Shown here piece by piece: positions 1 to 13,100 of a stretch of 64,000 nucleotides of DNA. Under the pieces are notes generated by a model, which saw only the letters and a program-made list of their open reading frames with translations, was not told where the DNA came from and made no database searches. The DNA is taken from the NCBI GenBank assembly GCA_046563655.1, contig CM102286.1:9052001-9116000 (forward strand), given 5' to 3'. Made by a program: the position numbers and the translations under genes. The first letter of the stretch is position 1. The number at the start of each line of letters is the position of its first letter. The stretch is from Yuukianura sp. NJ FZ-2021 (taxonomy: Eukaryota).

Positions 1-400
1 GAACACTACGATATGTCTTACAATGCAATCGTCACTGAAAATATTCGGTTTTAGTATATAGTTTGGAAACAATAAATTCGACCCATCGCCACCTTTGGTC
101 GAGGTAAACTTGGGCGCCCCGACTGAACACACCCACCCGTTCCAATTTTCGCGCCGCTGTAATTGTCCCACCCATTGTACCCACCGGATGGATACATTTG
201 TACCTTCCGACACTGCAAGCAATGAGGGTATTCAACGCAAAATTAACCAAAAACCATTATTGTCAAAACTATTTTTAATTTTACTGGCCTGAATGAGTAC
301 ACCAATTATGTAGAGTGCGAAAACGAAAAAAAAATATTTGAAAAAAACGAGACAACTGAGAGGCGTGTTTCCTACCTTTTCCAATTGACTTTTGACACGC

Positions 401-564
401 AATTAGTGACAGGTTATGGCAACAATGTAATTAGTGACAGGTTACGGCAACATTGCAATTGGCATTGCAATCGGCAACATTGCAATTGACAACATTGCAA
501 TTGACACCATTCAATTGACAACATTGCAATTGGCAACACTGCAATTGGCAACTTTGCAATTGAC
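401..564. repeat. Short 15-bp minisatellite (GCAACATTGCAATTG-like) preceded by a ~28-bp duplication
   Basis: About 8 imperfect copies with a palindromic ATTGCAAT core; AATTAGTGACAGGTTAYGGCAACA occurs twice at ~401 and ~429. Confidence 0.85.
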
Positions 565-728
565 TCGAGAGACAATTATATTTCAAGGTTTAATTTTGGA
601 GGGCGCCCAACATTTAATTTTGGGCAAAATAATTGGAAATAAACCGGTTATAAACTAATGAAAATGATATTAGCGAAGCAACATGGTAGTTTTCTAAAAC
701 ATACTGAAGCACTCTCCCTTCTCGAGGG

Positions 729-1116
729 AGAGGGTGGGCGTTCCTCCGCTTCGCCGCCTGCCCACAGGCAGAGTGGAGGTGTTTCCCCCACCTTTCTGCC
801 CCCAGGGGGAGTGGGGGTGTATTCCCCCACTTTTCCGCAAGGGGAACAGAGGCTGTGTTCCCTCACTTTCCCACCCTCCCCTTAGAGGGAGCGGGGGTGT
901 GTTCCCCCCGGTTTTCCCCTGTGGGAAGTGAAGGTGTGTTCCCTCACTTTTCCGTCCTCACGCTAGATGGAGTGAGGGTGTCTTCCCCCACTTTCCCGCC
1001 TCCAGGGGTAGTGGAGGTGTGTTCACCCACTTTGCCGCCGTCCCACCAGGAGGAGTGGGGGTGTGTTCGCCTTAGGTTTTCTCAGGGGGGAGTGGGGGTG
1101 TGTTCCCCCCACTTTT
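729..1116. repeat. GC-rich array of ~10 hairpin units (consensus GAGTGGGGGTGTGTTCCCCCACTTT) with short variable linkers
   Basis: Units recur every ~35-45 bp (e.g. ~772, 809, 890, 926, 970, 1009, 1053, 1090); each is an AGTGGGG...CCCCACT inverted repeat. Confidence 0.8.
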
Positions 1117-1120
1117 CACT

Positions 1121-1240
1121 AAGACTATTGATACAACTTCGTCGGTTTCTCGTGCTTTTAGGACCATTTGCACTGTTGTACTTAAGGCGGAACAGTCGCA
1201 TTTGTTTCACGTAGAGCCAACTTCCAGAGCGGTGTTTGTC
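1121..1240 (+). repeat. Diverged second copy of the segment at 2349-2466 (truncated HINE-like end)
   Basis: AAGACTATTGATACAACTT...GTACTTAAGGCGGAACAGTC(G/A)CATTTGTTTCAC...AGAGCGGTGT is present at both positions. Confidence 0.8.
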
Positions 1241-2125
1241 TCGAAGTGAGACGACAGCCGCCGACAGTCGTCGCCCCTTTTTCGTCTCGCTTTATTACAG
1301 CACACTGCCTAAAAAGTGAGACAACTTTCGTCTCAGAAAGTGAGACGAAAAGTTTCGTCTCACTTTGACTCATGACACCCGAACACCGGGAGTCAAGTCG
1401 CGCGACAACTTTCGTCAGACAAAAGTGACAAGAATTTTTCCTTCTCACTTTTGTCGTCGCACCCAGCACGCTGCCGAAAGAATCCCTGTCGGCGGCCAGT
1501 ATCTTGTCGTTTCGGAAAGTTGAACTTTTTCAACTTCCAAGACGAAAGTTGGCGGCTCCACTTTTTCTGTGAAAACCGCACACCAAATGAGAGGTAATAA
1601 TGGAAAACCTATTTCTTCTTTCATTCAAAACAGTACATCATAGCAATTATCATGATAGTAATTATGCTCATCTCTCTTATAGAAAACACTAGACATGCAA
1701 AGATCGCAAAATCTTTATAATAATTAATTATCCTATAACTTAATTAGTGCTGTAACTGCAGCGTTATATTAGCATAGCTCTATGCTCTTTTGCTAATCAG
1801 CATATTGTAATAAGGTTTGTAAACAAACCATATTTTGGAATTTCTGAGAATGCCGGCAATTTATGGAAGACAGGAATTGAGACATACAGCACACCAAGTA
1901 AAACCATGGTTGGCCGCCGAACGTCGTCGGCGGTACTTTTTCGTTTCAGTGTGGCAGTGTGCTGTATGCAGAGAAAAAGTGGAGACGAAGAAAGTTCGGC
2001 TCCAAATGTGGCACCGACGCACCGTCGATTCAGTCATGGCAGAGTGCTGTACTCAGATTCTGAAACGACAAAGTGGCGCAGACAAATGGTGGTCGCCACT
2101 TTTTCGGGGCGAAAGTTGGGTGAGC
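1241..2125. repeat. Degenerate motif-rich, possibly foldback/MITE-like region
   Basis: Two CpG-rich blocks (~1240-1570, ~1915-2125) share GACGAAAGTT/AACTTTCGTC and GTCGCC(C/A)CTTTTTCG-like motifs and an inverted CTCCACTTTTTCT/AGAAAAAGTGGAG pair around an AT-rich core. No clean termini found. Confidence 0.3.
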
Positions 2126-2311
2126 GGGAAGCTTTAGTATATAAAGTTACAACGCATAAGAGCAGCCAGCTCTAACATGTCTCGTTCTTTCAAATTTAAG
2201 TCGGAAGTTTCCCGGCCATTCTTTAAATTCTTTACCAAGCGCGTTATGGGGCATCATAAGCCAGTTTGTATGTTACAGCGCCTGGACTTCAATTTGTTGA
2301 AAAGCCGATTC

Positions 2312-2466
2312 TAGTCTTCTGCAGAAGAATGTCTACGACATGCTGAGGAAGACTATTGATACAACTTGGCCTGTTGTGCTTTTAGGACCCATTGCATTCG
2401 AGTACTTAAGGCGGAACAGTCACATTTGTTTCACATAGAGCCAGCTTCTAGAGCGGTGTCTGTGTC
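2312..2466 (+). mobile_element. Helentron/HINE-like 5' terminal fragment
   Basis: TAGTCTTCT...ATGTCTACGACAT...GGAAGACTATTGATACAACTT is homologous to the reverse complement of ~4110-4170. Confidence 0.5.
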
Positions 2467-3042
2467 GTTAATCTAACGTATATTTCAGTGTAAATTGTTC
2501 TAGGCAATGATTTTGAGAACTTAGTGCGGCTTAGAATATAAAGGTAGAACGTATTACCAATCAATCAATCAGTTTATTTGATCTTGGCCAATGACTTATC
2601 AATTACATTCCTTCAGCTCGTTCAAAGTATTAAGAAGAAAACCTATTTAAGGGAAAAGTAAAACAAGGTAGGGCGATGCTCAAGGGTTGAGCATAGGTCT
2701 TCTGGAGGGAGTTGACAATTGATGCGACTTAAATCGCTGTGACTTAAAACTGTGGACGAACTGAGAAACCGTTTTCACGGAATTGATCCACCAAAACATC
2801 GCTCAAAATTTTCAGTGAGGTTCTATTTTGTGCATGAGTTGCACCAAAATTGTGTTGGCAAATCTACCTTTTAATTACACCAAAATCATGTTCCAGTTTT
2901 GAGCCCCAAGACATGTGTACTGAATTGATGTTCTTAATTTGTTGAGCAAAATGAATTGTCCGTGTTACCATGGCAATGCATTATTAGCGGACAACTGGAT
3001 CAAAATGTTGTTCAAATTAAGCTCATATTTTACTCTGTTCAA

Positions 3043-3482
3043 TTTTTTTTTTTTTTTTGGAAATTAAAAATTATAATTTATTTTCATTACACTTTCACCT
3101 GCCGTAGCAGGTTTAAAAATTCATAAAGTATGGTATATATTCAAAGTAAGTAGATTTCGTAGAGTTCTTTTCCAGGAGGTAAGGTTCCCAATATTGAAGT
3201 ACTGTTCCCTCTCTGGATAGCAAGGCTGACACGTTGGAAAAGGAAGGAAGATGCTCGATTGTCACCGGATGCTTCACAGAGTCGATGACCAATGGAATTC
3301 AGCAGCCGGAGGCCTTCTTCTCCGTAAACTCCGGTTGTCTCGACTGCGATGATGGAAACAAGAAATCGATTTTCAAGGTCATGGTAGAGGTCGTGCTTGT
3401 GGATTTCGGCTAATGTAGCTGCGTAACCACGTGAGGAAGATGATGATGCAATGTAAGAAGGTGCTAAGGTGTCGCGGCAAGT
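3043..3482 (-). mobile_element. 5'-truncated CRE-clade non-LTR retrotransposon (sister family of the element at 45331-48807)
   Basis: Minus strand 3482-3141 reads TCRDTLAPSY...AEIHKHDLY...ETTGVYGEEG...FLFQRVSLAIQRGNSTSILGTLPPGKELYEIYLL*, 88/113 aa identical by hand count to the C-terminus of the main ORF. It has a 3' UTR hairpin, a poly(A) tail (T-run 3043-3058), and GTTCAA duplicated at 3037-3042 and 3481-3486. Confidence 0.92.
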
Positions 3483-3929
3483 TCAAAATTATTTTGTTGC
3501 ACAATTGTTCTCAAAACTGCAAAAACCTTCAATAATTGTGTTCATTAAGCACAAAATTGAACGTTGAGGGGAGGGGGTCAAATATTGTTTCTTAAAAGTC
3601 ATAGTCGGTTCCAGTAAATGCACAATTTTGGATTTGTGTGCAACCGCTTTTAAGTGCTTATCATGCACAAAATTGTGCGTTGTGGAATAGGGGTCGAATA
3701 TCGTTTCTTTAAAATCGAAATAATAGAAATTTCTTGTGAATGCAAATTTGAATCCTCCCATTCACTCTTTACATGATACGAATTTAAGCCAGATTTTCTA
3801 CCCTCTAGTTAAGTCTTAATTTAACAACGTAATTAAACTAGCTGTCAGAAAATGACAGGATCAAAACTTCGTTGTTTAAATATATTTTGAGTGAAAATCG
3901 AAAGCAAAATGTTTCCGGGAAACGACTGC

Positions 3930-4174
3930 ACTTAGGGTGCATAAAGTGGCCGCCCATTTCCACGTTGTTACACTTTGAGTGCAATGTAGACTTAACGAAA
4001 ACACTTGAGGCATACATAACCCCCCGGACAAAATGGAGCTTATGTTTTAGCGCAAAAGATACTTAAGATACAAAAGAGCAAAAGCGAACGGACAGACAGA
4101 CAGACAGACAGACAAAGTCGTATCGATAGTCTTCTTCAGCATGTCGTAGACATGCGTCTCCAGAAGACTAAAAA
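3930..4174 (-). mobile_element. Helentron-associated non-autonomous element (HINE/DINE-1-like); 5' end at ~4170, 3' extent uncertain
   Basis: Minus strand shows a T-run, TAGTCTTCT / inner palindrome GCATGTC-TAC-GACATGC / AGAAGACTA inverted repeat, then a (TGTC)6 microsatellite (4091-4114). This is the known HINE 5' architecture. Confidence 0.55.
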
Positions 4175-4191
4175 CAATTTGTACAGGATTT

Positions 4192-7100
4192 GCCAGGAGG
4201 ATACATACCCTTTGGCTTCCTGGCATAACAAATTAGTCAAAGATATCAAGTTCTTCCTTTGCAATCCTATTGCTAAAAAACGTAATTGATGCCACATTTC
4301 GGCGCGTCGAGATGTTGGCGATAATTTGTTGAGCATGGTATGTTAGTGCTTATTTTTTAGCAGTATGAATTTCAACAAACTAATGAAGAGGATACAGACC
4401 ATTGGCTTCTCAGCCAGGAGGATACATACCCTTTGGCTTCCCGGCCATAACAAATTAGTCAAAGATATCAAGTTCTTCCTTTGCAATCCTATTGCTAAAA
4501 AACGTAATTGATGCCACATTTCGGCGCGTCGAAATGTTGGCGATAATTTGTTGAGCATGGTATGTTAGTGCTTATTTCTTAGCAGTATGAATTTCAACAA
4601 ACTATTGAAGAGGATACAGACCATTGGCTTCTCAGCCAGCAGGATACATACCCCTTGGCTTCCCGGCCATAACAAATTAGTCAAAGATATCAAGTTCTTC
4701 CTTTGCAATCCTATTGCTATAGAAACGTAGTTGACGCCACATTTCAGCGCGTCGAGATGTTGGCGATAATACGTTGAGCATGGTATGTTAGTGCTCATTT
4801 CTTAGCAGTATGATTTTCCACAAACTAATGAAGAGGATACAGACCATTGGCTTCTCAGCCAGCAGGATACATACCCCTTGGCTCCCCGGCCATAACAAAT
4901 TAGTCAAAGATATCAAGTTCTTCCTTTGCAATCCTATTGCTATAGAACGTAGTTGACGCCACATTTCAGCGCGTCGAGATGTTGGCGATAATACGTTGAG
5001 CATGGTATGTTAGTGCTCATTTCTTAGCAGTATGATTTTCCACAAACTAATGAAGAGGATACAGACCATTGGCTTCTCAGCCAGCAGGATACATACCCCT
5101 TGGCTCCCCGGCCATAACAAATTAGTCAAAGATATCAAGTTCTTCCTTTGCAATCCTATTGCTATAGAACGTAGTTGACGCCACATTTCAGCGCGTCGAG
5201 ATGTTGGCGATAATACGTTGAGCATGGTATGTTAGTGCTCATTTCTTAGCAGTATGAATTTCAACAAACTAATGAAGAGGATACAGACCATTGGCTTCTC
5301 AGCCAGGAGGATACATACCCTTTGGCTTCCCGGCCATAACAAATTAGTCAAAGATATCAAGTTTTTCCTTTGCAATCCTATTGCTATAGAACGTAGTTGA
5401 CGCCACATTTCAGCGCGTCGAGATGTTGGCGGTATTACGTTGAGCATGGTATGTTAGTGCTTATTTCCTAGCAGTATGAATTTTCACAAACTAATGAAGA
5501 GGATACAGACCATTGGCTTCTCAGCCAGGAGAATACATACCCTTTGGCTTCCCGGCCATAACAAATTAGTCAAAGATATCAAGTTCTTCCTTTGCAATCC
5601 TATTGCTAAAAAACGTAATTGATGCCACATTTCGGCGCGTCGAAATGTTGGCGATAATTTGTTGAGCATGGTATGTTAGTGCTTATTTCTTGGCAGTATG
5701 AATTTCAACAAACTATTGAAGAGGATACAGACCATTGGCTTCTCAGCCAGCAGGATACATACCCCTTGGCTCCCCGGCCATAACAAATTAGTCAAAGATA
5801 TCAAGTTCTTCCTTTGCAATCCTATTGCTAAAAAACGTAATTGATGCCACATTTCGGCGCGTTGAAATGTTGGCGATAATTTGTTGAGCATGGTATGTTA
5901 GTGCTTATTTCTTGGCAGTATGAATTTCAACAAACTATTGAAGAGGATACAGACCATTGGCTTCTCAGCCAGCAGGATACATACCCCTTGGCTCCCCGGC
6001 CATAACAAATTAGTCAAAGATATCAAGTTCTTCCTTTGCAATCCTATTGCTATAAAACGTAGTTGATGCCACATTTCAGCGCGTCGAGATGTTGGCGATA
6101 ATACGTTGAGCATGGTATGTTAGTGCTCATTTCTTAGCAGTATGAATTTCAACAAACTAATGAAGAGGATACAGACCATTGGCTTCTCAGCCAGCAGGAT
6201 ACATACCCCTTGGCTTCCCGGCCATAACAAATTAGTCAAAGATATCAAGTTCTTCCTTTGCAATCCTATTGCTATAGAACGTAGTTGACGCCACATTTCA
6301 GCGCGTCGAGATGTTGGCGGTAATACGTTGAGCATGGTATGTTAGTGCTCATTTCCTAGCAGTATGAATTTCCACAAACTAATGAAGAGGATACAGACCA
6401 TTGGCTTCTCAGCCAGGAGAATACATACCCTTTGGCTTCCCGGCCATAACAAATTAGTCAAAGATATCAAGTTCTTCCTTTGCAATCCTATTGCTATAGA
6501 ACGTAGTTGACGCCACATTTCAGCGCGTCGGGATGTTGGCGGTAATACGTTGAGCATGGTATGTTAGTGCTTATTTCCTAGCAGTATGAATTTTCACAAA
6601 CTAATGAAGAGGATACAGACCATTGGCTTCTCAGCCAGGAGAATACATACCCTTTGGCTTCCCGGCCATAACAAATTAGTCAAAGATATCAAGTTCTTCC
6701 TTTGCAATCCTATTGCTAAAAAACGTAATTGATGCCACATTTCGGCGCGTCGAAATGTTGGCGATAATTTGTTGAGCATGGTATGTTAGTGCTTATTTCT
6801 TGGCAGTATGAATTTCAACAAACTATTGAAGAGGATACAGACCATTGGCTTCTCAGCCAGCAGGATACATACCCCTTGGCTCCCCGGCCATAACAAATTA
6901 GTCAAAGATATCAAGTTCTTCCTTTGCAATCCTATTGCTATAGAACGTAGTTGACGCCACATTTCAGCGCGTCGAGATGTTGGCGATAATACGTTGAGCA
7001 TGGTATGTTAGTGCTCATTTCTTAGCAGTATGAATTTTCACAAACTAATGAAGAGGATACAGACCATTGGCTTCTCAGCCAGCAGGATACATACCCCTTG

Positions 7101-10100
7101 GCTTCCCGGCCATAACAAATTAGTCAAAGATATCAAGTTCTTCCTTTGCAATCCTATTGCTATAGAACGTAGTTGACGCCACATTTCAGCGCGTCGAGAT
7201 GTTGGCGATAATACGTTGAGCATGGTATGTTAGTGCTCATTTCTTAGCAGTATGAATTTCAACAAACTAATGAAGAGGATACAGACCATTGGCTTCTCAG
7301 CCAGCAGGATACATACCCCTTGGCTTCCCGGCCATAACAAATTAGTCAAAGATATCAAGTTCTTCCTTTGCAATCCTATTGCTATAGAACGTAGTTGACG
7401 CCACATTTCAGCGCGTCGAGATGTTGGCGGTAATACGTTGAGCATGGTATGTTAGTGCTTATTTCTTAGCAGTATGAATTTTCACAAACTAATGAAGAGG
7501 ATACAGACCATTGGCTTCTCAGCCAGGAGAATACATACCCTTTGGCTTCCCGGCCATAACAAATTAGTCAAAGATATCAAGTTCTTCCTTTGCAATCCTA
7601 TTGCTAAAAAACGTAATTGATGCCACATTTCGGCGCGTCGAAATGTTGGCGATAATTTGTTGAGCATGGTATGTTAGTGCTTATTTCTTAGCAGTATGAA
7701 TTTCAACAAACTATTGAAGAGGATACAGACCATTGGCTTCTCAGCCAGGAGGATACATACCCTTGGCTTCCCCGGCCATAACAAATTAGTCAAAGATATC
7801 AAGTTCTTCCTTTGCAATCCTATTGCTAAAAGAACGTAATTGATGCCATATTTCAGCGAGTCGAGATGATGGCGATAATTTGTTGAGCATGGTATGTTAG
7901 TGCTTATTTCTTAGCAGTATGAATTTCAACAAACTAATGAAGAGGATACAGACCATTGGCTTCTCAGCCAGGAGGATACATACCCTTTGGCTTCCCGGCC
8001 ATAACAAATTAGTCAAAGATATCAAGTTCTTCCTTTGCAATCCTATTGCTAAAAAACGTAATTGATGCCACATTTCGGCGCGTCGAAATGTTGGCGATAA
8101 TTTGTTGAGCATGGTATGTTAGTGCTTATTTCTTAGCAGTATGAATTTCAACAAACTAATTGAAGAGGATACAGACCATTGGCTTCTCAGCCAGCAGGAT
8201 ACATACCCTTGGCTTCCCGGCCATAACAAATTAGTCAAAGATATCAAGTTCTTCCTTTGCAATCCTATTGCTATAGAACGTAGTTGACGCCACATTTCAG
8301 CGCGTCGAGATGTTGGCGATAATACGTTGAGCATGGTATGTTAGTGCTCATTTCTTAGCAGTATGAATTTTCACAAACTAATGAAGAGGATACAGACCAT
8401 TGGCTTCTCAGCCAGCAGGATACATACCCCTTGGCTCCCGGCCATAACAAATTAGTCAAAGATATCAAGTTCTTCCTTTGCAATCCTATTGCTATAGAAC
8501 GTAGTTGACGCCACATTTCAGCGCGTCGAGATGTTGGCGATAATACGTTGAGCATGGTATGTTAGTGCTCATTTCTTAGCAGTATGAATTTCAACAAACT
8601 AATGAAGAGGATACAGACCATTGGCTTCTCAGCCAGCAGGATACATACCCCTTGGCTTCCCCGGCCATAACAAATTAGTCAAAGATATCAAGTTCTTCCT
8701 TTGCAATCCTATTGCTATAGAACGTAGTTGACGCCACATTTCAGCGCGTCGAGATGTTGGCGATAATACGTTGAGCATGGTATGTTAGTGCTCATTTCTT
8801 AGCAGTATGAATTTCAACAAACTAATGAAGAGGATACAGACCATTGGCTTCTCAGCCAGGAGGATACATACCCTTTGGCTTCCCGGCCATAACAAATTAG
8901 TCAAAGATATCAAGTTCTTCCTTTGCAATCCTATTGCTAAAAAACGTAATTGATGCCACATTTCGGCGCGTCGAAATGTTGGCGATAATTTGTTGAGCAT
9001 GGTATGTTAGTGCTTATTTCTTGGCAGTATGAATTTCAACAAACTAATTGAAGAGGATACAGACCATTGGCTTCTCAGCCAGCAGGATACATACCCCTTG
9101 GCTCCCCGGCCATAACAAATTAGTCAAAGATATCAAGTTCTTCCTTTGCAATCCTATTGCTATATAACGTATTTGATGCCACATTTCGGCGCGTCGATAT
9201 GTTGGCGATAATTTGTTGAGCATGGTATGTTAGTGCTTATTTCTTAGCAGTATGAATTTCAACAAACTAATTGAAGAGGATACAGACCATTGGCTTCTCA
9301 GCCAGCAGGATACATACCCCTTGGCTCCCCGGCCATAACAAATTAGTCAAAGATATCAAGTTCTTCCTTTGCAATCCTATTGCTATAAAACGTAGTTGAT
9401 GCCACATTTCAGCGCGTCGAGATGTTGGCGATAATACGTTGAGCATGGTATGTTAGTGCTCATTTCTTAGCAGTATGAATTTCAACAAACTAATGAAGAG
9501 GATACAGACCATTGGCTTCTCAGCCAGCAGGATACATACCCCTTGGCTTCCCGGCCATAACAAATTAGTCAAAGATATCAAGTTCTTCCTTTGCAATCCT
9601 ATTGCTATAGAACGTAGTTGACGCCACATTTCAGCGCGTCGAGATGTTGGCGGTAATACGTTGAGCATGGTATGTTAGTGCTCATTTCCTAGCAGTATGA
9701 ATTTCCACAAACTAATGAAGAGGATACAGACCATTGGCTTCTCAGCCAGGAGAATACATACCCTTTGGCTTCCCGGCCATAACAAATTAGTCAAAGATAT
9801 CAAGTTCTTCCTTTGCAATCCTATTGCTATAGAACGTAGTTGACGCCACATTTCAGCGCGTCGAGATGTTGGCGGTATTACGTTGAGCATGGTATGTTAG
9901 TGCTTATTTCCTAGCAGTATGAATTTCAACAAACTATTGAAGAGGATACAGACCATTGGCTTCTCAGCCAGGAGGATACATACCCTTTGGCTTCCCGGCC
10001 ATAACAAATTAGTCAAAGATATCAAGTTCTTCCTTTGCAATCCTATTGCTAAAAAACGTAATTGATGCCACATTTCGGCGCGTCGAGATGTTGGCGATAA

Positions 10101-13100
10101 TTTGTTGAGCATGGTATGTTAGTGCTTATTTCTTAGCAGTATGATTTTCCACAAACTAATTGAAGAGGATACAGACCATTGGCTTCTCAGCCAGCAGGAT
10201 ACATACCCCTTGGCTTCCCCGGCCATAACAAATTAGTCAAAGATATCAAGTTCTTCCTTTGCAATCCTATTGCTATAGAACGTAGTTGACGCCACATTTC
10301 AGCGCGTCGAGATGTTGGCGATAATACGTTGAGCATGGTATGTTAGTGCTCATTTCTTAGCAGTATGAATTTTCACAAACTAATGAAGAGGATACAGACC
10401 ATTGGCTTCTCAGCCAGCAGGATACATACCCCTTGGCTCCCCGGCCATAACAAATTAGTCAAAGATATCAAGTTCTTCCTTTGCAATCCTATTGCTATAG
10501 AACGTAGTTGACGCCACATTTCAGCGCGTCGAGATGTTGGCGATAATACGTTGAGCATGGTATGTTAGTGCTCATTTCTTAGCAGTATGAATTTCAACAA
10601 ACTAATGAAGAGGATACAGACCATTGGCTTCTCAGCCAGCAGGATACATACCCCTTGGCTTCCCGGCCATAACAAATTAGTCAAAGATATCAAGTTCTTC
10701 CTTTGCAATCCTATTGCTATAGAACGTAGTTGACGCCACATTTCAGCGCGTCGAGATGTTGGCGATAATTAGTTGAGCATGGTATGTTAGTGCTAATTTC
10801 TTCGCAGTATGAATTTCAACAAACTATTGAAGAGGATACAGACCATTGGCTTCTCAGCCAGGAGGATACATACCCTTTGGCTTCCCGGCCATAACAAATT
10901 AGTCAAAGATATCAAGTTCTTCCTTTGCAATCCTATTGCTAAAAAACGTAATTGATGCCACATTTCAGCGAGTCGAGATGTTGGCGATAATTTGTTGAGC
11001 ATGGTATGTTAGTGCTCATTTCTTATCAGTATGAATTTCCACAAACTAATAAAGAGGATACAGACCATTGGCTTCACAGCCAGGAGGACACATACCCCTT
11101 GGCTTCCCGGCCATAACAAATTTGTCAAAGATATGAAGTTCTTCCTTTGAAATCTCATTGCTATAAAACGTAATTGATGCCATATTTCAGCGAGTCGAGA
11201 TGATGGCGATAATTTGTTGAGCATGGTATGTTAGTGCTCATTTCTTAGCAATATGAATCTCCTCAAACTAATGAAGAGGATACAGACAATTGGCTTCTCA
11301 GCCAGGAGGATACATACCCTTTGGCTTCCCGGCCATAACAAATTAGTCAAAGATATCAAGTTCTTCCTTTGCAATCCTATTGCTAAAAAACGTAATTGAT
11401 GCCACATTTCGGCGCGTCGAGATGTTGGCGGTAATACGTTGAGCATGGTATGTTAGTGCTTATTTCTTAGCAGTATGAATTTCAACAAACTAATGAAGAG
11501 GATACAGACCATTGGCTTCTCAGCCAGCAGGATACATACCCCTTGGCTTCCCCGGCCATAACAAATTAGTCAAAGATATCAAGTTCTTCCTTTGCAATCC
11601 TATTGCTATAGAACGTAGTTGACGCCACATTTCAGCGCGTCGAGATGTTGGCGGTAATACGTTGAGCATGGTATGTTAGTGCTTATTTCTAGCAGTATGA
11701 ATTTCAACAAACTAATGAAGAGGATACAGACCATTGGCTTCTCAGCCAGGAGGATACATACCCCTTGGCTTCCCCGGCCATAACAAATTAGTCAAAGATA
11801 TCAAGTTCTTCCTTTGCAATCCTATTGCTATAAAACGTAGTTGATGCCACATTTCAGCGCGTCGAGATGTTGGCGGTAATACGTTGAGCATGGTATGTTA
11901 GTGCTTATTTCTTAGCAGTATGAATTTCAACAAACTATTGAAGAGGATACAGACCATTGGCTTCTCAGCCAGCAGGATACATACCCCTTGGCTCCCCGGC
12001 CATAACAAATTAGTCAAAGATATCAAGTTCTTCCTTTGCAATCCTATTGCTATAGAACGTAGTTGACGCCACATTTCAGCGCGTCGAGATGTTGGCGATA
12101 ATACGTTGAGCATGGTATGTTAGTGCTCATTTCTTAGCAGTATGAATTTCAACAAACTAATGAAGAGGATACAGACCATTGGCTTCTCAGCCAGCAGGAT
12201 ACATACCCCTTGGCTTCCCGGCCATAACAAATTAGTCAAAGATATCAAGTTCTTCCTTTGCAATCCTATTGCTAAAAAACGTAATTGATGCCACATTTCG
12301 GCGCGTCGAAATGTTAGCGGTATTACGTTGAGCATGGTATGTTAGTGCTTATTTCTTGGCAGTATGAATTTCAACAAACTATTGAAGAGGATACAGACCA
12401 TTGGCTTCTCAGCCAGCAGGATACATACCCCTTGGCTCCCCGGCCATAACAAATTAGTCAAAGATATCAAGTTCTTCCTTTGCAATCCTATTGCTATAGA
12501 ACGTAATTGACGCCACATTTCAGCGCGTCGAGATGTTGGCGGTAATACGTTGAGCATGGTATGTTAGTGCTTATTTCTTAGCAGTATGAATTTCAACAAA
12601 CTATTGAAGAGGATACAGACCATTGGCTTCTCAGCCAGCAGGATACATACCCCTTGGCTCCCCGGCCATAACAAATTAGTCAAAGATATCAAGTTCTTCC
12701 TTTGCAATCCTATTGCTAAAAAACGTAATTGATGCCACATTGCGGCGCGTCGAGATGTTGGCGATAATTTGTTGAGCATGGTATGTTAGTGCTTATTTCT
12801 TAGCAGTATGAATTTCAACAAACTAATGAAGAGGATACAGACCATTGGCTTCTCAGCCAGCAGGATACATACCCCTTGGCTCCCCGGCCATAACAAATTA
12901 GTCAAAGATATCAAGTTCTTCCTTTGCAATCCTATTGCTATAAAACGTAGTTGATGCCACATTTCAGCGCGTCGAGATGTTGGCGATAATACGTTGAGCA
13001 TGGTATGTTAGTGCTCATTTCTTAGCAGTATGAATTTCAACAAACTAATGAAGAGGATACAGACCATTGGCTTCTCAGCCAGCAGGATACATACCCCTTG

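Noticed and set aside
729..1116. CRISPR array
   Set aside because: Repeats are too degenerate, linkers too short and low-complexity, there are no cas genes, and the context is eukaryotic.
1121..2466. LTR pair of a small LTR element
   Set aside because: No TG...CA ends, PBS, PPT or TSD; better explained as two fragments of the HINE-like family.
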